DNA of 61,974 nt, filler included, from Circinaria calcarea (taxonomy: Eukaryota), in assembly GCA_051942165.1 (NCBI GenBank). It is 9 parts of 9 records of this genome, joined end to end, with 100 filler letters (N's around TTAATTAATTAA, not from the genome) between each part and the next. Parts side by side here need not be neighbours in the genome. Positions count along the whole stretch, not along the records: positions 20,736 to 27,538 come from JAVECS010001486.1; positions 27,639 to 34,439 come from JAVECS010001487.1; 7 more parts are not named here. One strand, 5' to 3'. Shown in pieces: positions 22,508 through 34,539 of the stretch. The translations under genes and the position numbers were made by a program. The number at the start of each line of letters is the position of its first letter. Within the stretch, counting starts at the first letter, position 1. Under the pieces are notes generated by a model. The model was not told the DNA's origin, ran no database searches, and worked only from the letters and a program-made list of their open reading frames with translations.

Positions 22508-24624
22508 TAGCGCGAAACCGCTGTTTTTCGGAAGTGGGCAAGACTTTTCTGCCGCCGTATTCCTGATTGTAAGTTATGACTAGCAGCTGGTTCAAGCTCC
22601 TATTTACTACGCCCCGCCTAAAGAAGGCACCAGGACTGGCCTATCCCTATATACTTTTTCTTGCTCCCGTGCTGCTCCCTCGTGCTCGCCCCTGCTCTCT
22701 ATATGCTCCCTTGATACTCCCTTACTACGCTCCGTGCTCCTTCGATACTCCCTCTCAAGCGGCCCTGCTCCCTTTCCCGACCCGGAAAATCAATTCCTAA
22801 TCCTAAGTTCGGGGTGTACATAATCTATATATATATGAACTGTCACAAGTTTGTAAGCAATCACTGCGATGTGGAGCTTAGTCAGCACCTGCCCATATTT
22901 AGTCTTCCCCCACCACTTAGACTTAGCAACCACCAATCAACCAAGTTACCCTCCATAGCATAGTCCCTCTCTGCATAGGGTTACAGCGAGATACATCGAA
23001 GACTTTGCCGGAATGGAGGAATTGTTTCTCCGCAAACAGAAAGCCCATACATGAGTGGAATCTTCTTCTGGACCCAACCGCTGAGCTAGAAGACAAATGT
23101 TGCCGTTGGAATTTTCAATTTGCTGGTCCTATGGTTGTGCAAGTCGCAATAACGCAGAAAGGTCAAGTTATTCTCGAGGGGCTGTTCACTGTAATTTTTT
23201 TTCGGTGAATTACACAGGCAGTTGTAACCCCGTTCGTCAAGATAGACCTTGACTGATTTGGGAACAAATACTAATCAAGTTCCAAGGCCCCAACGCGGCG
23301 AAATAACATATTATCGCCATCACTGAATTTGTCGAAGGGCTGAAGACACTGAAGTATAGAGAACGGACTAGAACGAGGAATGATCATGGGAGAGGTCAAA
23401 GCCGATCTCAACCCAAGCCGAGTCGTTCTAGGGTTGTTTAATACAATAATTCTACAACATCTCTACGTGATGAGGTGTGACACTCAAAACACCTCCGTCT
23501 CTTCATATACTACCAGTGTCACTCCTTTCATCTGAGGTTTGTCTTGCCGACAGCAAGCTCCTTGCAAACATATCACTTCTCCCTTGACTCACCCTTGGTC
23601 TCTGCCAGCTCACTTGCTCACGCTAAGCTTCTTTGCAATCATCTCACTTCTCCCTCGACTCACTCTTGCTTTGGCCTCACTTACACCAACAACAATATCT
23701 CACCACAAACTCACATAAGAGCTATGGCACCACCAAATGGCGAGTAACCTCTGAGCCTAGTGATCTCTTAGTTGTGAATCGAAAGCTGCGTCAGGTTCTA
23801 GATTATGCGATGGATAAACAACCGATCAAAGCCGATATTAAGGAATATAAATTACATAAAAGATCCGCATATAATCGCAAGCAAATCCTATTACGTTAAG
23901 GGTGAGATATTTCAGACGAAGAAGCAGAAAAAAAAAATTATTCGAAAAATTCAAGGTCGAGGATTAGATTAAGAACGGAGGATGGAATAATTACGCAGAA
24001 AATAAAATCGACCCTCGGGGTTACGAGAAACCCTCGAATACGCCAGATATCTATCGCCTTACTCAGATAAAGGCGTGTTATCTTGATTATAAGTTTTTTT
24101 TAAAAAAAGCGACTTCGCTGACTCCCCCAAAGATCCCACCTACAACGAGAAAGGCGTTTAACGCGATTGGATTAAACCTCGAGATGATCATATTAAAAGG
24201 GTTCTTTTTGAGTTCAGTAAATCTGGGACTTTTCTGGGGGCGGAAAGGCTTATTATCAAGGCTAGCGAATATGATGGTGGTGTACCTGAATAGGATTGTT
24301 CGATCTCCTCCTAGTCTAGGTGCACAACTGGAAGATATCAACGGACAAGTGGTTCGCGGGGAGCGTGTCGCAATGAGGAGCTCAATAGGCCAATCAGTGT
24401 AGTAAGGCCACTACAATTTCAAGATATTAGGAAAATAAAAGTGTCGGAGGAGTCATGTCCGTCGCGTATCTTTCTAAATGTGAAACTTAATTCGGCTGAC
24501 ATATCATGAATTAGCTTATACTCACATCTATAGTAAGCATTTGTCTAAATTATCAAGTGAATCGTGCAAACCAATAGGCTACCTCGATATATACCTAAAC
24601 GTAGTGCCCATTCCAGTGTCTTTA

Positions 24625-25811
24625 TCACAGCCGGAGGGTCTGTCCTTCAGAGTCTATTCCCCCTCTAAAGAGTTCCTTGATCACTCTCCCTCCAAGAATG
24701 GTCTCCTTGACGATCCCCTCAACATGCTTTGGTTCTACCCGTCCATACCAGATCCCTTTCCCGGCCAGCGGCGAAGGACCTTCTGCGATAGAGAACGTGG
24801 GTGGGATGTAGAGTATGACGTTTCCAGCCCATATATGACCGCCGATATGGCTCACTAATCCTACAATTGCGTTGTGAGGCGACTCAATTACACGCCGATC
24901 AAGTAAAACCTGCGTAATTAACTGCTCAAGTGAACGCGGCTTATGTAGAGGCGGCCCAGGTAAAGACGGTCCAGGTAAAGGCGGCCCAGGTAAAGGCGGC
25001 TCAGGTATAGACGGCTCAGGTAAAGGCGGCTCAGGTGAAGGTACCGTTGACAGAGGTTTTGGCAATCGGAATCCAGCCTCGGTCAAGCATCGTTTAAACT
25101 CAGATCTCAGAAGAGGACCCATAATCCCACACCTTTTGTCCCTAGTACCGTGTCCGCATATAAAGACTATAATCTCTTTAATCTTGAGAGACCTGATACT
25201 TTGAGAAGCTAGATTGGAAGAGGGCCGAACAGCACCTGCGAGATAGGCTAGATGGACGTCTTCGTTAAGAAATACCGTCTCGACGTATCGAAACGACGGG
25301 AAAAGGTAAGCTGATGAAATAACACCCTCCTTGAATCCTCTACCAATACTCGAAAGCGGAGGCGAATATGGGGCTATTGATGTATTTGTCACCATGGTAT
25401 ACCTGTTTGGCTGCATTGATACCAGTCAGTCCACTAATTCTTAATACTGACTGACTATAAGTATTGAAGGACACTACATACGTGATACAGACGCCCCTTC
25501 GGCCCAACTATATGCTTAAGTGTCCCTGCTAGGTTAGGTCCCTCCTCATCCTCGATTCGAGATGTCCAATCATCCTTCCCAGTGCATATCACAACATGTC
25601 GATTGTATGTGGGAGCAGTGCCAATTAGCGGCTTTTTCCGGTCAATATCTAGACCTGTTGGTGTCTCCGCGCAGGCGCATGATGGAGAGGGACATTTGTC
25701 AACAGTTGGGAAGCTCGGTGAGAGTGCGTAGGGTTGGGAAGTAAATGACAATCTTTGTAGAATGCGGCCCGGATGTCGTCGGAGTTTAAACAATGCCCTT
25801 GGTAACGGCAT
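24625..25811 (-). CDS. Sucrase/ferredoxin-like (Aim32/Apd1 family) thioredoxin-like [2Fe-2S] protein, 2 exons
   Basis: C-X8-C (CGHGTRDKRC), HIGGH and GIWYGRV motifs; Arg-rich mitochondrial-type N-terminus; intron 25411-25481. Confidence 0.9.
24950..25039. repeat. Coding 15-bp minisatellite (about 6 units) encoding P[EG]P[PS][LI] repeats
   Basis: GGCGGCYCAGGTAAA-like units; protein PEPPLPEPSIPEPPLPGPPLPGPSLPGPPL. Confidence 0.85.
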
Positions 25812-25973
25812 TGACGACTTTCAAACGTCTGATGCCATGTAAAGTCCCATTGTTTACTCGGGAGGGATGACCTGACCTGAAACCCAATTCTCGTCGGAGT
25901 AGCTTTTCGCCGACAATGAAGTACCTCGTGCCCCGGCGATTTATTAACTACGGGACCACCATGCATGGCATGA
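25812..25973. promoter_or_regulatory. Probable bidirectional promoter (162 bp)
   Basis: Two ATGs head-to-head at 25811 (-) and 25974 (+); no specific binding sites identified. Confidence 0.55.
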
Positions 25974-27091
25974 ATGCCACGCCTTCCGACTTCACTACTT
26001 CTACAGGCTCGTCATATCGATCCACTTCTCCCAATCCTTCTCCGCCCATGTAGGGACCTCAACTCTGCACGCAACGAGCTTCGCTGGTTGCGCCAACATG
26101 TGAAGAACCTACCTAGCAATGGCCCTCAACGCGCGCCTCCAATCCTATCTGATCTATGCCTCGAGAGATCTAGAGGAAAGCCCCTACAGTACATACTAGG
26201 CAATCAGCCTTTTGGAGATCTCGATATTCTCTGTAAGCCTGGCGTACTCATCCCGAGGTCAGTTGTTATTTTCTCCCATAGTATCATTCGGTTGTTGAAT
26301 GAGGCAGATTAGAGACGGAGGCATACACGAACCATTTAGGACAACTACTCATCCAGAATGCTTCGAGGTTACCTGCGGTGCACCAGAACGGGGGTGGTCC
26401 TCGCCTACGAATCTTAGACCTCTGCACCGGGACAGGTTGTATCCCGCTACTCCTACATGCCCTTTTATCCCCTCATGTCCGAGATCTCACAATCGTGGGC
26501 CTTGATATCTCAACGAAGGCGGTATCTTTGGCGAAAAAGAATCTTGACTGGAATATTCATGAGGGACACCTTCAATCAGCCGTAAAAGAGCAAATCATCT
26601 TCGTACAAGGCGACGTCTTCAGTGAGAGTTCGCCGATTTTTGAAGGTCATTGGGATATCGTTATCTCAAATCCACCGTACATATCCCCACAAGGCTTCAA
26701 CAGAGACACTTCCCGTTCCGTGAGAAACTATGAGCCCAAGCTCGCGCTTGTGCCGCCTGCCCAAGTGCCGCCAGAACAGTCCGTTCTCGATGATGTGCAA
26801 GGAGATTTGTTTTATCCGAGGCTCCTGAAAATTGCTTCCCAGGTCAATGCTAAGCTTGTCTTAATGGAGGTTGACGGAACGTGTCAAGCGCTTCGAGTAA
26901 AACAAATGATTCATGATATGCAAATATGGGACGGCTGTGAGTTTTGGATGGATGAGCCTAGCAACCGAAATTCCACCAAAAAGTTCGATAGCGAGCACAA
27001 GACTAGGCTAGTCGGACTTGGGAGCGAAAGGTCCGTAAGTTGCTGGCGGAAAGAAGGTTACATGTGGCTTGGTCGAGATAAGGAGATTTAA
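25974..27091 (+). CDS. MTQ1: Mitochondrial release-factor N5-glutamine methyltransferase (HemK/PrmC family)
   Basis: RSRGKPLQYILGNQPFGDLDILCKPGVLIPR|LETE, ILDLCTGTGCI, SNPPYIS and VRNYEPKLAL; intron 26258-26307. Confidence 0.92.
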
Positions 27092-27231
27092 ATCCTTCAA
27101 GCATCCACATTGAAATCGGATTCTTCGACGTATAACTTGTTGAACTACTATGTAAAATGCTAAACCGGGTATCATGCGTCTAGTCGATACAATGGGAAAT
27201 GATCAAACGATGCTGCCGGATGCCATTAATC

Positions 27232-27538
27232 TCAACCGCTTCTCCATCGTTTCCAAAATTTCCATCCATATCCCTCCGTCCCTTTCCTCCTCCCACCCTT
27301 ACCCCTAACCCTCCAGAAGTATACCGGCACTCCAGCAACGATAAAGGCAACCACAATAAGTGTCTGCACCGGCTCCGCGACGATCGCCCTCGTTAGCAAG
27401 AACAAGCTAACGCAGCAAAAGATGATAGGCGTTGTAATCCAAGTCCGATACGGTCGTTCCAAATACGGTTCTTTTACTCTCAAAACTATCAGCCCCAACA
27501 CCGTCGTAAAGTAGAATGTGTAACCCGCAACCCCGTAG
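27232..27538 (-). CDS. APC-superfamily amino-acid permease (LAT-type), C-terminal fragment
   Basis: GYTFYFTTVLGLIVLRVKEPYLERPYRTWITTPIIFCCVSLFL...GVPVYFW; truncated by contig end. Confidence 0.85.
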
Positions 27539-27638
27539 NNNNNNNNNNNNNNNNNNNNNNNNNNNNNNNNNNNNNNNNNNNNTTAATTAATTAANNNNNN
27601 NNNNNNNNNNNNNNNNNNNNNNNNNNNNNNNNNNNNNN
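27539..27638. other. Artificial contig spacer
   Basis: N44-TTAATTAATTAA-N44. Confidence 0.99.
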
Positions 27639-28007
27639 GATAAAGGCTTGAGGGGAGTTAGATGCGTGCATAGTGTGGGGGGACCGACTGATCTCGTAGA
27701 CAAGAACACCGGGCGTGGGCGTGTGCGTGTGCGTGTGGGAGAACATTTTCCGTTTAAAAAGGGGGCAATGTAAAATATCAGGCGTGCAGATCCGACCATG
27801 TGAAACAGCATCTGGAGATGCGAGCCAACCCCAGGTAGATATAAAACAATGCGCGGTTTCACAAGAGTTTTGAAACTTTGCCGTGCGTAAACGAAGAAAA
27901 TCAAAAAGGGCCCAGCGGGTTGATTTGGAGAAGGTGAATCCATTCTACCGGATTTACACTTTCCCAAATAATCTCATTCGACTGATTCCTTTTTTTTTGG
28001 CACAATC

Positions 28008-28708
28008 ATGCGGGCCTGCATCACCTTGCTTATCCAGACCTTAGTCGTCTTTGGCACCCTCGGCTTAGCAGCACCAATCGTCGCTCCGGTAGACGAAGAT
28101 GCCTCCGGCAAGACAAGTAGGGCCAAGGACTTTCCACGTGCCGTAAAAGGTAATCTCCCCGCCAAGGCGGCCAAATGCGTTAATCCTCCTCCAGCTGGAA
28201 CGTAAGACATCCCGACCTCGGATGCCCTTTCCCGTAAGTGGATGCTAAATGTACGCTGACTGGTCATCTTCCCTACAGCGGGGGTGTTCCTCATCGACGT
28301 CCTCACCGACGTGATCTTGACGAGATCGGCAGCATCAATCCCCGGACCGTCACCAATCTCGGATTATGGTGTGCGCGTAACGGCGAAGTAGCAGTTGAAG
28401 TCATAATTACGCGCGCCATCCATGGAATAGCCGTACCGCTGCTCCTCACCGAGGCCCGAGCAGTCGTCAGTGACACTATCTTTCGACCCGACAACGGAAT
28501 GATTGTTCCTGACACCTTCGATTGGACGGCACAAAACCGGCTCCGGATACGTGTCTGGCGAATCAAAGGCTATGTGTTGACTTGGGGTGTCCTTCGCGCA
28601 GCTCTTTTAGCCACGTATACTGCTATGATGGATAACAGAGGTGGGGGCGTCGCGGTCTTGAAAATATTTCAAAATAATGTTGAGGTCGCGAGAGGCTTGA
28701 TTGGATGA
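28008..28708 (+). CDS. Small secreted protein with basic propeptide, 2 exons
   Basis: Signal peptide MRACITLLIQTLVVFGTLGLA; phase-2 intron 28202-28278 (GTAAGA..GCTGAC..CAG); dibasic RR sites; C-terminus LTWGVLRAALLATY...LKIFQNNVEVARGLIG. Confidence 0.8.
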
Positions 28709-28964
28709 GAGTTGCCCTCTTATAAATCGCGGTGGAGTAGGTTCCAAATGCTACATGGATTTCACGTGAAATAAGAACCCAAAACACGGCAAACAAGGAA
28801 GTTTTACGTGGAGCGCACAATTAGATGAGACTATGGATAGATGATTTGTTAAAGATCAATGGTTGATCTGTCAGAGAATAGATAGAAAGAGCAGAAGTTG
28901 GTACTTGGTTTCTCCGCATAGAAGCACTATCATTCTTCATCCGAATCATGAATCCCATTTACCT

Positions 28965-29730
28965 ATGCAAGAAGCCATAAGAAAATCTGGCGTTCCGAGT
29001 GTGATCCTGACCCTCTTCGCACTATTTGGTTTATTAGCACTAGCCACGACTTCGTTGGAAGAGTCGCCCACCGACGAGATCAGTGGCAAGACGCTTTCGA
29101 GCTTCAGTAAACTACGTTGACCTTCAGAGAACGAGAACTGAAATGTTAGTAGACTCCTTAAAATTCTTTTTCCCCCACTTTATATATGTGCGCTGAAAGT
29201 TTCCATGATTGTTCAGCGTTGCTGCGTCTCGGCGAGCTTGCCCAACCACCAAGGTCCGGAAGGTCAACAATCCTAGAACCGACAATCCTAGGCTCGGTAG
29301 ACTTAAGCGTGATGACCACAATGCTGAGAGTCTCCAAGCCCGCGTTGACCCTGGACCCAGCGGCTTGTGGTACATGCCAGGAAGCAATATAAACGTCTCT
29401 GTCATGTTAACACGCTTTATACCTGGACTCGCTGTTGAAAGACATCTAACAGAGGCTTGGAATGTCGGGAGTGAGATCATTGCATCGTCGTCGATTGGAA
29501 CGATGCAGATGTCAGCGCCTGGGCTCAGGTGGACTGTACCTATCTCTACCACACATGTCCACGGATTCCAGTTCCGCGCATGGAACAGTAATAATAACCT
29601 AATGACGTGATTCTCCCTCCTAGACGCCATATCAGCCACATATGACTATACGTCGTGCACAGTTATTGGAGAGGCGATCATCACCATATACGATGGCCCG
29701 ACTGGAATTGGTCCAGGGATGATCAATTAG
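28965..29730 (+). pseudogene. Tandem paralog of the 28008-28708 secreted protein, interrupted by TGA at a conserved Trp
   Basis: Signal-like ILTLFALFGLLALA followed by SGKT; GLW and LTEA motifs shared; LMT*FSLLDAISATYDY...ITIYDGPTGIGPGMIN aligns with the paralog C-terminus. Exon 1/2 junction unresolved. Confidence 0.7.
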
Positions 29731-29800
29731 CCGAGCACGGATGCAGCTCAGAGTGTGATTGGAGGCGACCGTATAGTAGTAGATATTGAATCTTGTCTTC

Positions 29801-31180
29801 CTAATGAGCCTTCCACCTTTTTCCCCCGCCTCTCCTCCATAGCCATACGGCTTCCGTAGCGGTAACCTTGCAAGTTCGATTTCCCTGCCCATCCTCTCGG
29901 CCAGCTTCAGATATCAACGTATCAAGCACTCTTCCCTCCTCCACACATTTCCACAAGCCCAGGTATAACTCATCGTCTTCGTTGCCGAAATCGCCTCTTC
30001 CGAGACGATATAGTATACGACCGAGCGTCTGATACGCTATGGACCTTTGGGCGGCAACCGCACTGCGAGAGAGATGAGCTAGCTCGGGAATTGTGTAGCC
30101 TGCTGCTTCAGGTGCGAGACCATGGTGGTGTAGGCCTTTCGTGGACGGAATCTGACGTGCAAGCCGGGGTGGAAGCAATCTTCCCCTGAAGTCGAATCTG
30201 ATAGATGTTGGAGGAAGATATTGCTGTAAGGGATTGTAAGGGGAATCTTGATCTGCCGGGGAGTTTTCGGAAGGTATTGGCGCCATCCAGGCCAGCTTTG
30301 AGGGATCGACAGGAAGGTCGGGGAAATACTTGGAGTGTAAATTATCGAGGAAGTTGGGATCAGCCGGGTCAATAGACGGTGGCGAGGGTGGGCGAGGGAA
30401 ATGGATGTTGGGAGGTAGGGGAAGTGGTAATTGAGATGATGCCGGGTAAAGGTCAGACGGAGGTACTAGTGGACGGGCATCCGGATCCATTGGAGTATCC
30501 GCCTTAAGAAGTATCGTGCCTGAGGGGGTATCATCATTTAGTGTCTCGAACATGACTTTCTTCGATACAGTTCTGGATGGCACAGCTGACGGGCCCGTAT
30601 CCAATGGTTCTCGAGCCTTTGGGTCGACGCGAAAGTTCATGCCATTGTCAGTCATCTCATCGTTGATATTTGCTTTCTTTAGTAGCCGCTCAATGAGTGA
30701 CGGGCTTAGTCCAGCCAGCAACTCGGCCTTTTCCTGCTCTATCTCTCGAGTTGACATTCTTGCAATCCGCTGTTGATTTTCTTCGTCAATCGATCTTCTG
30801 TCTGTCTCATTTAGCGACTCATTTCCTTGAGTATCGAGTGATATAGAACTGTCGCCACGGCTTTGTGCCTGGGACATCTCCTGTGACCTTGGCCCATGAT
30901 GTTGGTTTGCCTCAAGTGAATCACCCTTCCGTTGTCTTTTGAAAGCCGAAGACGTAGAACGTGTTTTATGCGCGGGGAAGCCCGTTACAGAATTTTTGAG
31001 CTTTGGTGGTGACGGAGGTCTTGCCGATGTCGAGCGCTCAGTAATATCCTGCACAAAGGCAAGATTGAAGGCCGGAGAGGCCCCAGTGGAAGGCCTTGCC
31101 GTCTCTAAAGCACCATCGCAATATTCGCTATCATCACCGGACTCCAGGTCTACGTGGAAGCGCTGTCCCTTGATAGCCAT
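29801..31180 (-). CDS. RBA50: RNA polymerase II-associated protein Rba50/RPAP1 family
   Basis: RPAP1_N-like IDEENQQRIARMSTREIEQEKAELLAGLSPSLIERL and RPAP1_C-like RFDFRG..GLHHHGLAPEAAGYTIPELAHLSRSAVAAQRSIAYQTLGRIL; start taken at MAIKGQRF. Confidence 0.92.
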   Translation of the reverse strand: MAIKGQRFHVDLESGDDSEYCDGALETARPSTGASPAFNLAFVQDITERSTSARPPSPPKLKNSVTGFPAHKTRSTSSAFKRQRKGDSLEANQHHGPRSQEMSQAQSRGDSSISLDTQGNESLNETDRRSIDEENQQRIARMSTREIEQEKAELLAGLSPSLIERLLKKANINDEMTDNGMNFRVDPKAREPLDTGPSAVPSRTVSKKVMFETLNDDTPSGTILLKADTPMDPDARPLVPPSDLYPASSQLPLPLPPNIHFPRPPSPPSIDPADPNFLDNLHSKYFPDLPVDPSKLAWMAPIPSENSPADQDSPYNPLQQYLPPTSIRFDFRGRLLPPRLARQIPSTKGLHHHGLAPEAAGYTIPELAHLSRSAVAAQRSIAYQTLGRILYRLGRGDFGNEDDELYLGLWKCVEEGRVLDTLISEAGREDGQGNRTCKVTATEAVWLWRRGGGKRWKAH

Positions 31181-32303
31181 CCTCCCAACGTTGGTGCATG
31201 AACATATGGGGGAGGCCCAGGATGATGTGCTAAGAATATTTAGAGTTGTGGCGTGGCCCGCTAGAGCGCTTTGGGATAGTCGAACCTCAAACATCTCCAT
31301 CGTCAGATCTACTGTATCTATCCATTTGATTGGCATCTTGCATATATCATCAGACCAGCCGAAGTTTCTTGCATTATAGCCACCTGTATTGTGCTCGGGA
31401 TCTCAGGGCCATGACGATAAGAGTTGGAGTTGTAACGATGTATCGGCCCATGCACATCATGTTAAGGATGTTGCGAAAATGCGCACGGAGATGGAGATGA
31501 GTGAAAGAAGCATGTAGGCACCAGTGGGTCAGTCGCAGTCCCGGCCAGCCTCAAGGGAGACTCCTGATGGAACACACGGTGTTTCACGATACCAGGCTCA
31601 TTTATCATTTGAGAGGAAAGCCTCCAGCTCATTCTTGACTACGTCCTTGATATTGGCGTTCCCGGCCTGCCTGGATCATTTCGGAGTAGCAGCAGCAGTC
31701 GATGGTCGTCCTATCCTAGTGAATCCAGGTGATGCATTATTTCCCCCCCCCTTCCCCCCTTCTGATTGCCTGTCTGGTTCGTCTGTGCCAGTGTGTGCCA
31801 AAACCCGGTGGCACTTAGTAGTCCCTTCCTTCCGCCGCGATTGATTTCGTAAATCCGCCCATATATGCCTCCATCTGCCCTCTTTCTCCCACGCAATTTC
31901 CCTCTTCTCTTCCTTCAATCATTCACACTTGACCGCCCGTCACTCTTCTCCATGTCGAACAGCCTTCTTTCAGGCGAAAAATCCCCGTTTGTTGACATTG
32001 TAAATTCGCCTGGGCCATCCACGCCAAAAGTTGAACGAAGCTAGAGGACGGCTTGGGCCTCTGATTGCCTATTTCTACCGTGGTGAAAATTCTACTGCTG
32101 GTTTTCGCCATTTTTGAAGCTATCGCGACAATTGTACCATCTTGGTCAGGAGCTCCTAATTTGAACAGTGACGGTGACACTATCGTAAAGCGAGCAGTGG
32201 GGACTTTGTGCCATATCCACTTCATCATTCAGCGCCAATTTTTGATGATCATATTCGCCGCTCAAAGACTCTGCGATCGTTGGATGTGCTGAAGGGCACC
32301 ATT

Positions 32304-34432
32304 ATGTCTGAAGTTCCTCGGCTGCGAGAAGGTGAGCGCGGCAGTACCTCGTCGGATTTCTCTTCGCCGCCAAAGTCACCAGACTCTCCGAATGCCCACA
32401 CCGACACTCTGTCCAACGCTCCGATCACGTATCCGACCCTTTCGACTCAGAGTAGCAATGTCAGGAAAGTTGGAGGAGAGAAGTCGGGATCGCTAAATGC
32501 CAGCACTGCTAAAAATAAGTCGTCGTCGGCCGTTACGGCGCCGAGAAGACAGCGCAAGACCAAAGATCCCACGCAGATACCGTCCGGCCACGATAATACT
32601 TCCACGCCTCCTGAAGCCAAAGTAAAGAAGACGCGAAAACCAAGAGCGCCGGCCGCTGCGACGCAAGGCAGGAGGAAGAGAACAGATGTCGCACTCCGAA
32701 GGGACCATCCTGACATCAAAGCAGAACCTCAGGAAAGTAGAGTTCCTAACCCGGTCGGGCCAGCCCAGACGACGCAATCGCAATTCAATTTCAAAGTTCC
32801 CGAGCCTTCGTCAACGCCGTCCCAGAACAGTAATAATGAAGCTATCCCGAACAACCACCTCGCTTTCCTCGCTTCCGGTCAAACTCCAACACAAACTCCA
32901 ATACAAATTCCCGTGCGCTCTCCAGGTCAAAAGTATGACCCTATTCGATCTGTCGCAACTGAGCCAGGCATGTTGTCGCAAGCTTCAACCAATGCATTAC
33001 CAAAATCTCCACCGAGGAGTGCCAATCGCGCGAGCGAGTCACCATCGATTTCCAGCTTGATCGATCCCCCCACTATACCACCAGCCTACCCTTTTCCGAA
33101 ACTGGCCATGCCGACATCCTTTCCATCAAACCCCTCGAGACCTTCAGTTTCAGCACATTCGAGTCCATCTATACCATCGATATCAGGTCCTTCGCCACGG
33201 AGGCAGCCGTCACCAACCATCTCACCACCTATGAGAACTGCGACGTCGGTCGATACTTCAAACGCAACAATATCCAACTCTTCGTCAACAGTAATGGACG
33301 TTGATAGCGAACCTGGTTGCCCGCCTCCCACGAAAGTCTCTACCGCCCCTAGGAAATCAAACACAGGAACCAGCACCGGCCCCTCATCCAAGGCTCCTTC
33401 ACCTAAACCGCCTCGTTCCAGGAACACTCCACTGCCTGGTCTACCTCCTCTCTTCGGAGGCGCTTACGAATCATCCGAGCTGGAAAAAACTGCCCCGACA
33501 GTAATTCTCTACGTTCCCCTTAACGGGGAAATCAACAAGGTCGTAAACTTTGCCCGCATGGCCGAGGAGCAATATGGCTTCGACGCCTTGTATCCTCGCC
33601 TGGCTGCCCAACGTGAACGTCTCGCCCGTGTCGCAGCTGCCGGCGCTGCACTCGAGAATGCAAACAAGGCAGCTAATAATGCTGGTCGATCGGTTAGTGG
33701 CGGACAGTCTGCCGATGACATGTCGGTAGACGGGTCCGATGGAGAAGGTGAGGGCGGCGGGGAATGTAGTAATGTTGAAATGGGTGGGATGGCAAGTACG
33801 GGAGAAGGAGCTAAACCGACACAACCAAAGAAGAGGAAGATGAAAGAGGATCAATACAACAAGGAAGATCCGTTCATTGATGATAGTGAATTGGCATGGG
33901 AAGAGCAGGCGGCCGCTAGTAAAGACGGGTTTTTTGTGTATAGCGGACCCTTGGTGCCCGAAGGGGAAAAGCCCACCATCGAACGGTACGTCTACCTCGC
34001 ATTAATAAGTCCCTCACTTCTATTCAATTATCAATCTCCCAAATCCTTTCCTCCCCGCCCGCCTTTCTCCCCTCCTACCATCCCTCCTTCCCTTTATCCC
34101 CTCCGTCCACCACTAATATCCATCCCCCACACAGAGCCGATGGTACCGTCAAACGCGGCCGAGGCCGAGGCAGAGGTTCTTCGACCCGCGGCTCCGGAGC
34201 CGGCCGAGGCGGTGCCACGGGTGGTGGGACAACAGGCACGCGCGGGAATCCGGCGACGCGAAAACCGCGCGTCACGAAGGCGGCCAAGGCGCTGATGGAT
34301 CAGGAGATGAGGGAGCGGGAGAAGATGGCTGTGTTGGCGGCGAAACCGATGGGGTATGCGCCTCCCCCTCTGCCTCTGCCTTTGCCTCTGCCGGGGATGG
34401 GGATGGGGACGGGGACAGGGACGGGAACGTGA
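32304..34432 (+). CDS. HPC2: HIR complex subunit Hpc2-like (HUN domain), 2 exons
   Basis: VVNFARMAEEQYGF motif and HUN motif EDQYNKEDPFIDDSELAWEEQAAASKDGFFVYSGPL; intron near 33986-34134; last exon is RG-rich. Confidence 0.88.
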
Positions 34433-34439
34433 ATTGGGA

Positions 34440-34539
34440 NNNNNNNNNNNNNNNNNNNNNNNNNNNNNNNNNNNNNNNNNNNNTTAATTAATTAANNNNN
34501 NNNNNNNNNNNNNNNNNNNNNNNNNNNNNNNNNNNNNNN
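34440..34539. other. Artificial contig spacer
   Basis: N44-TTAATTAATTAA-N44. Confidence 0.99.
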
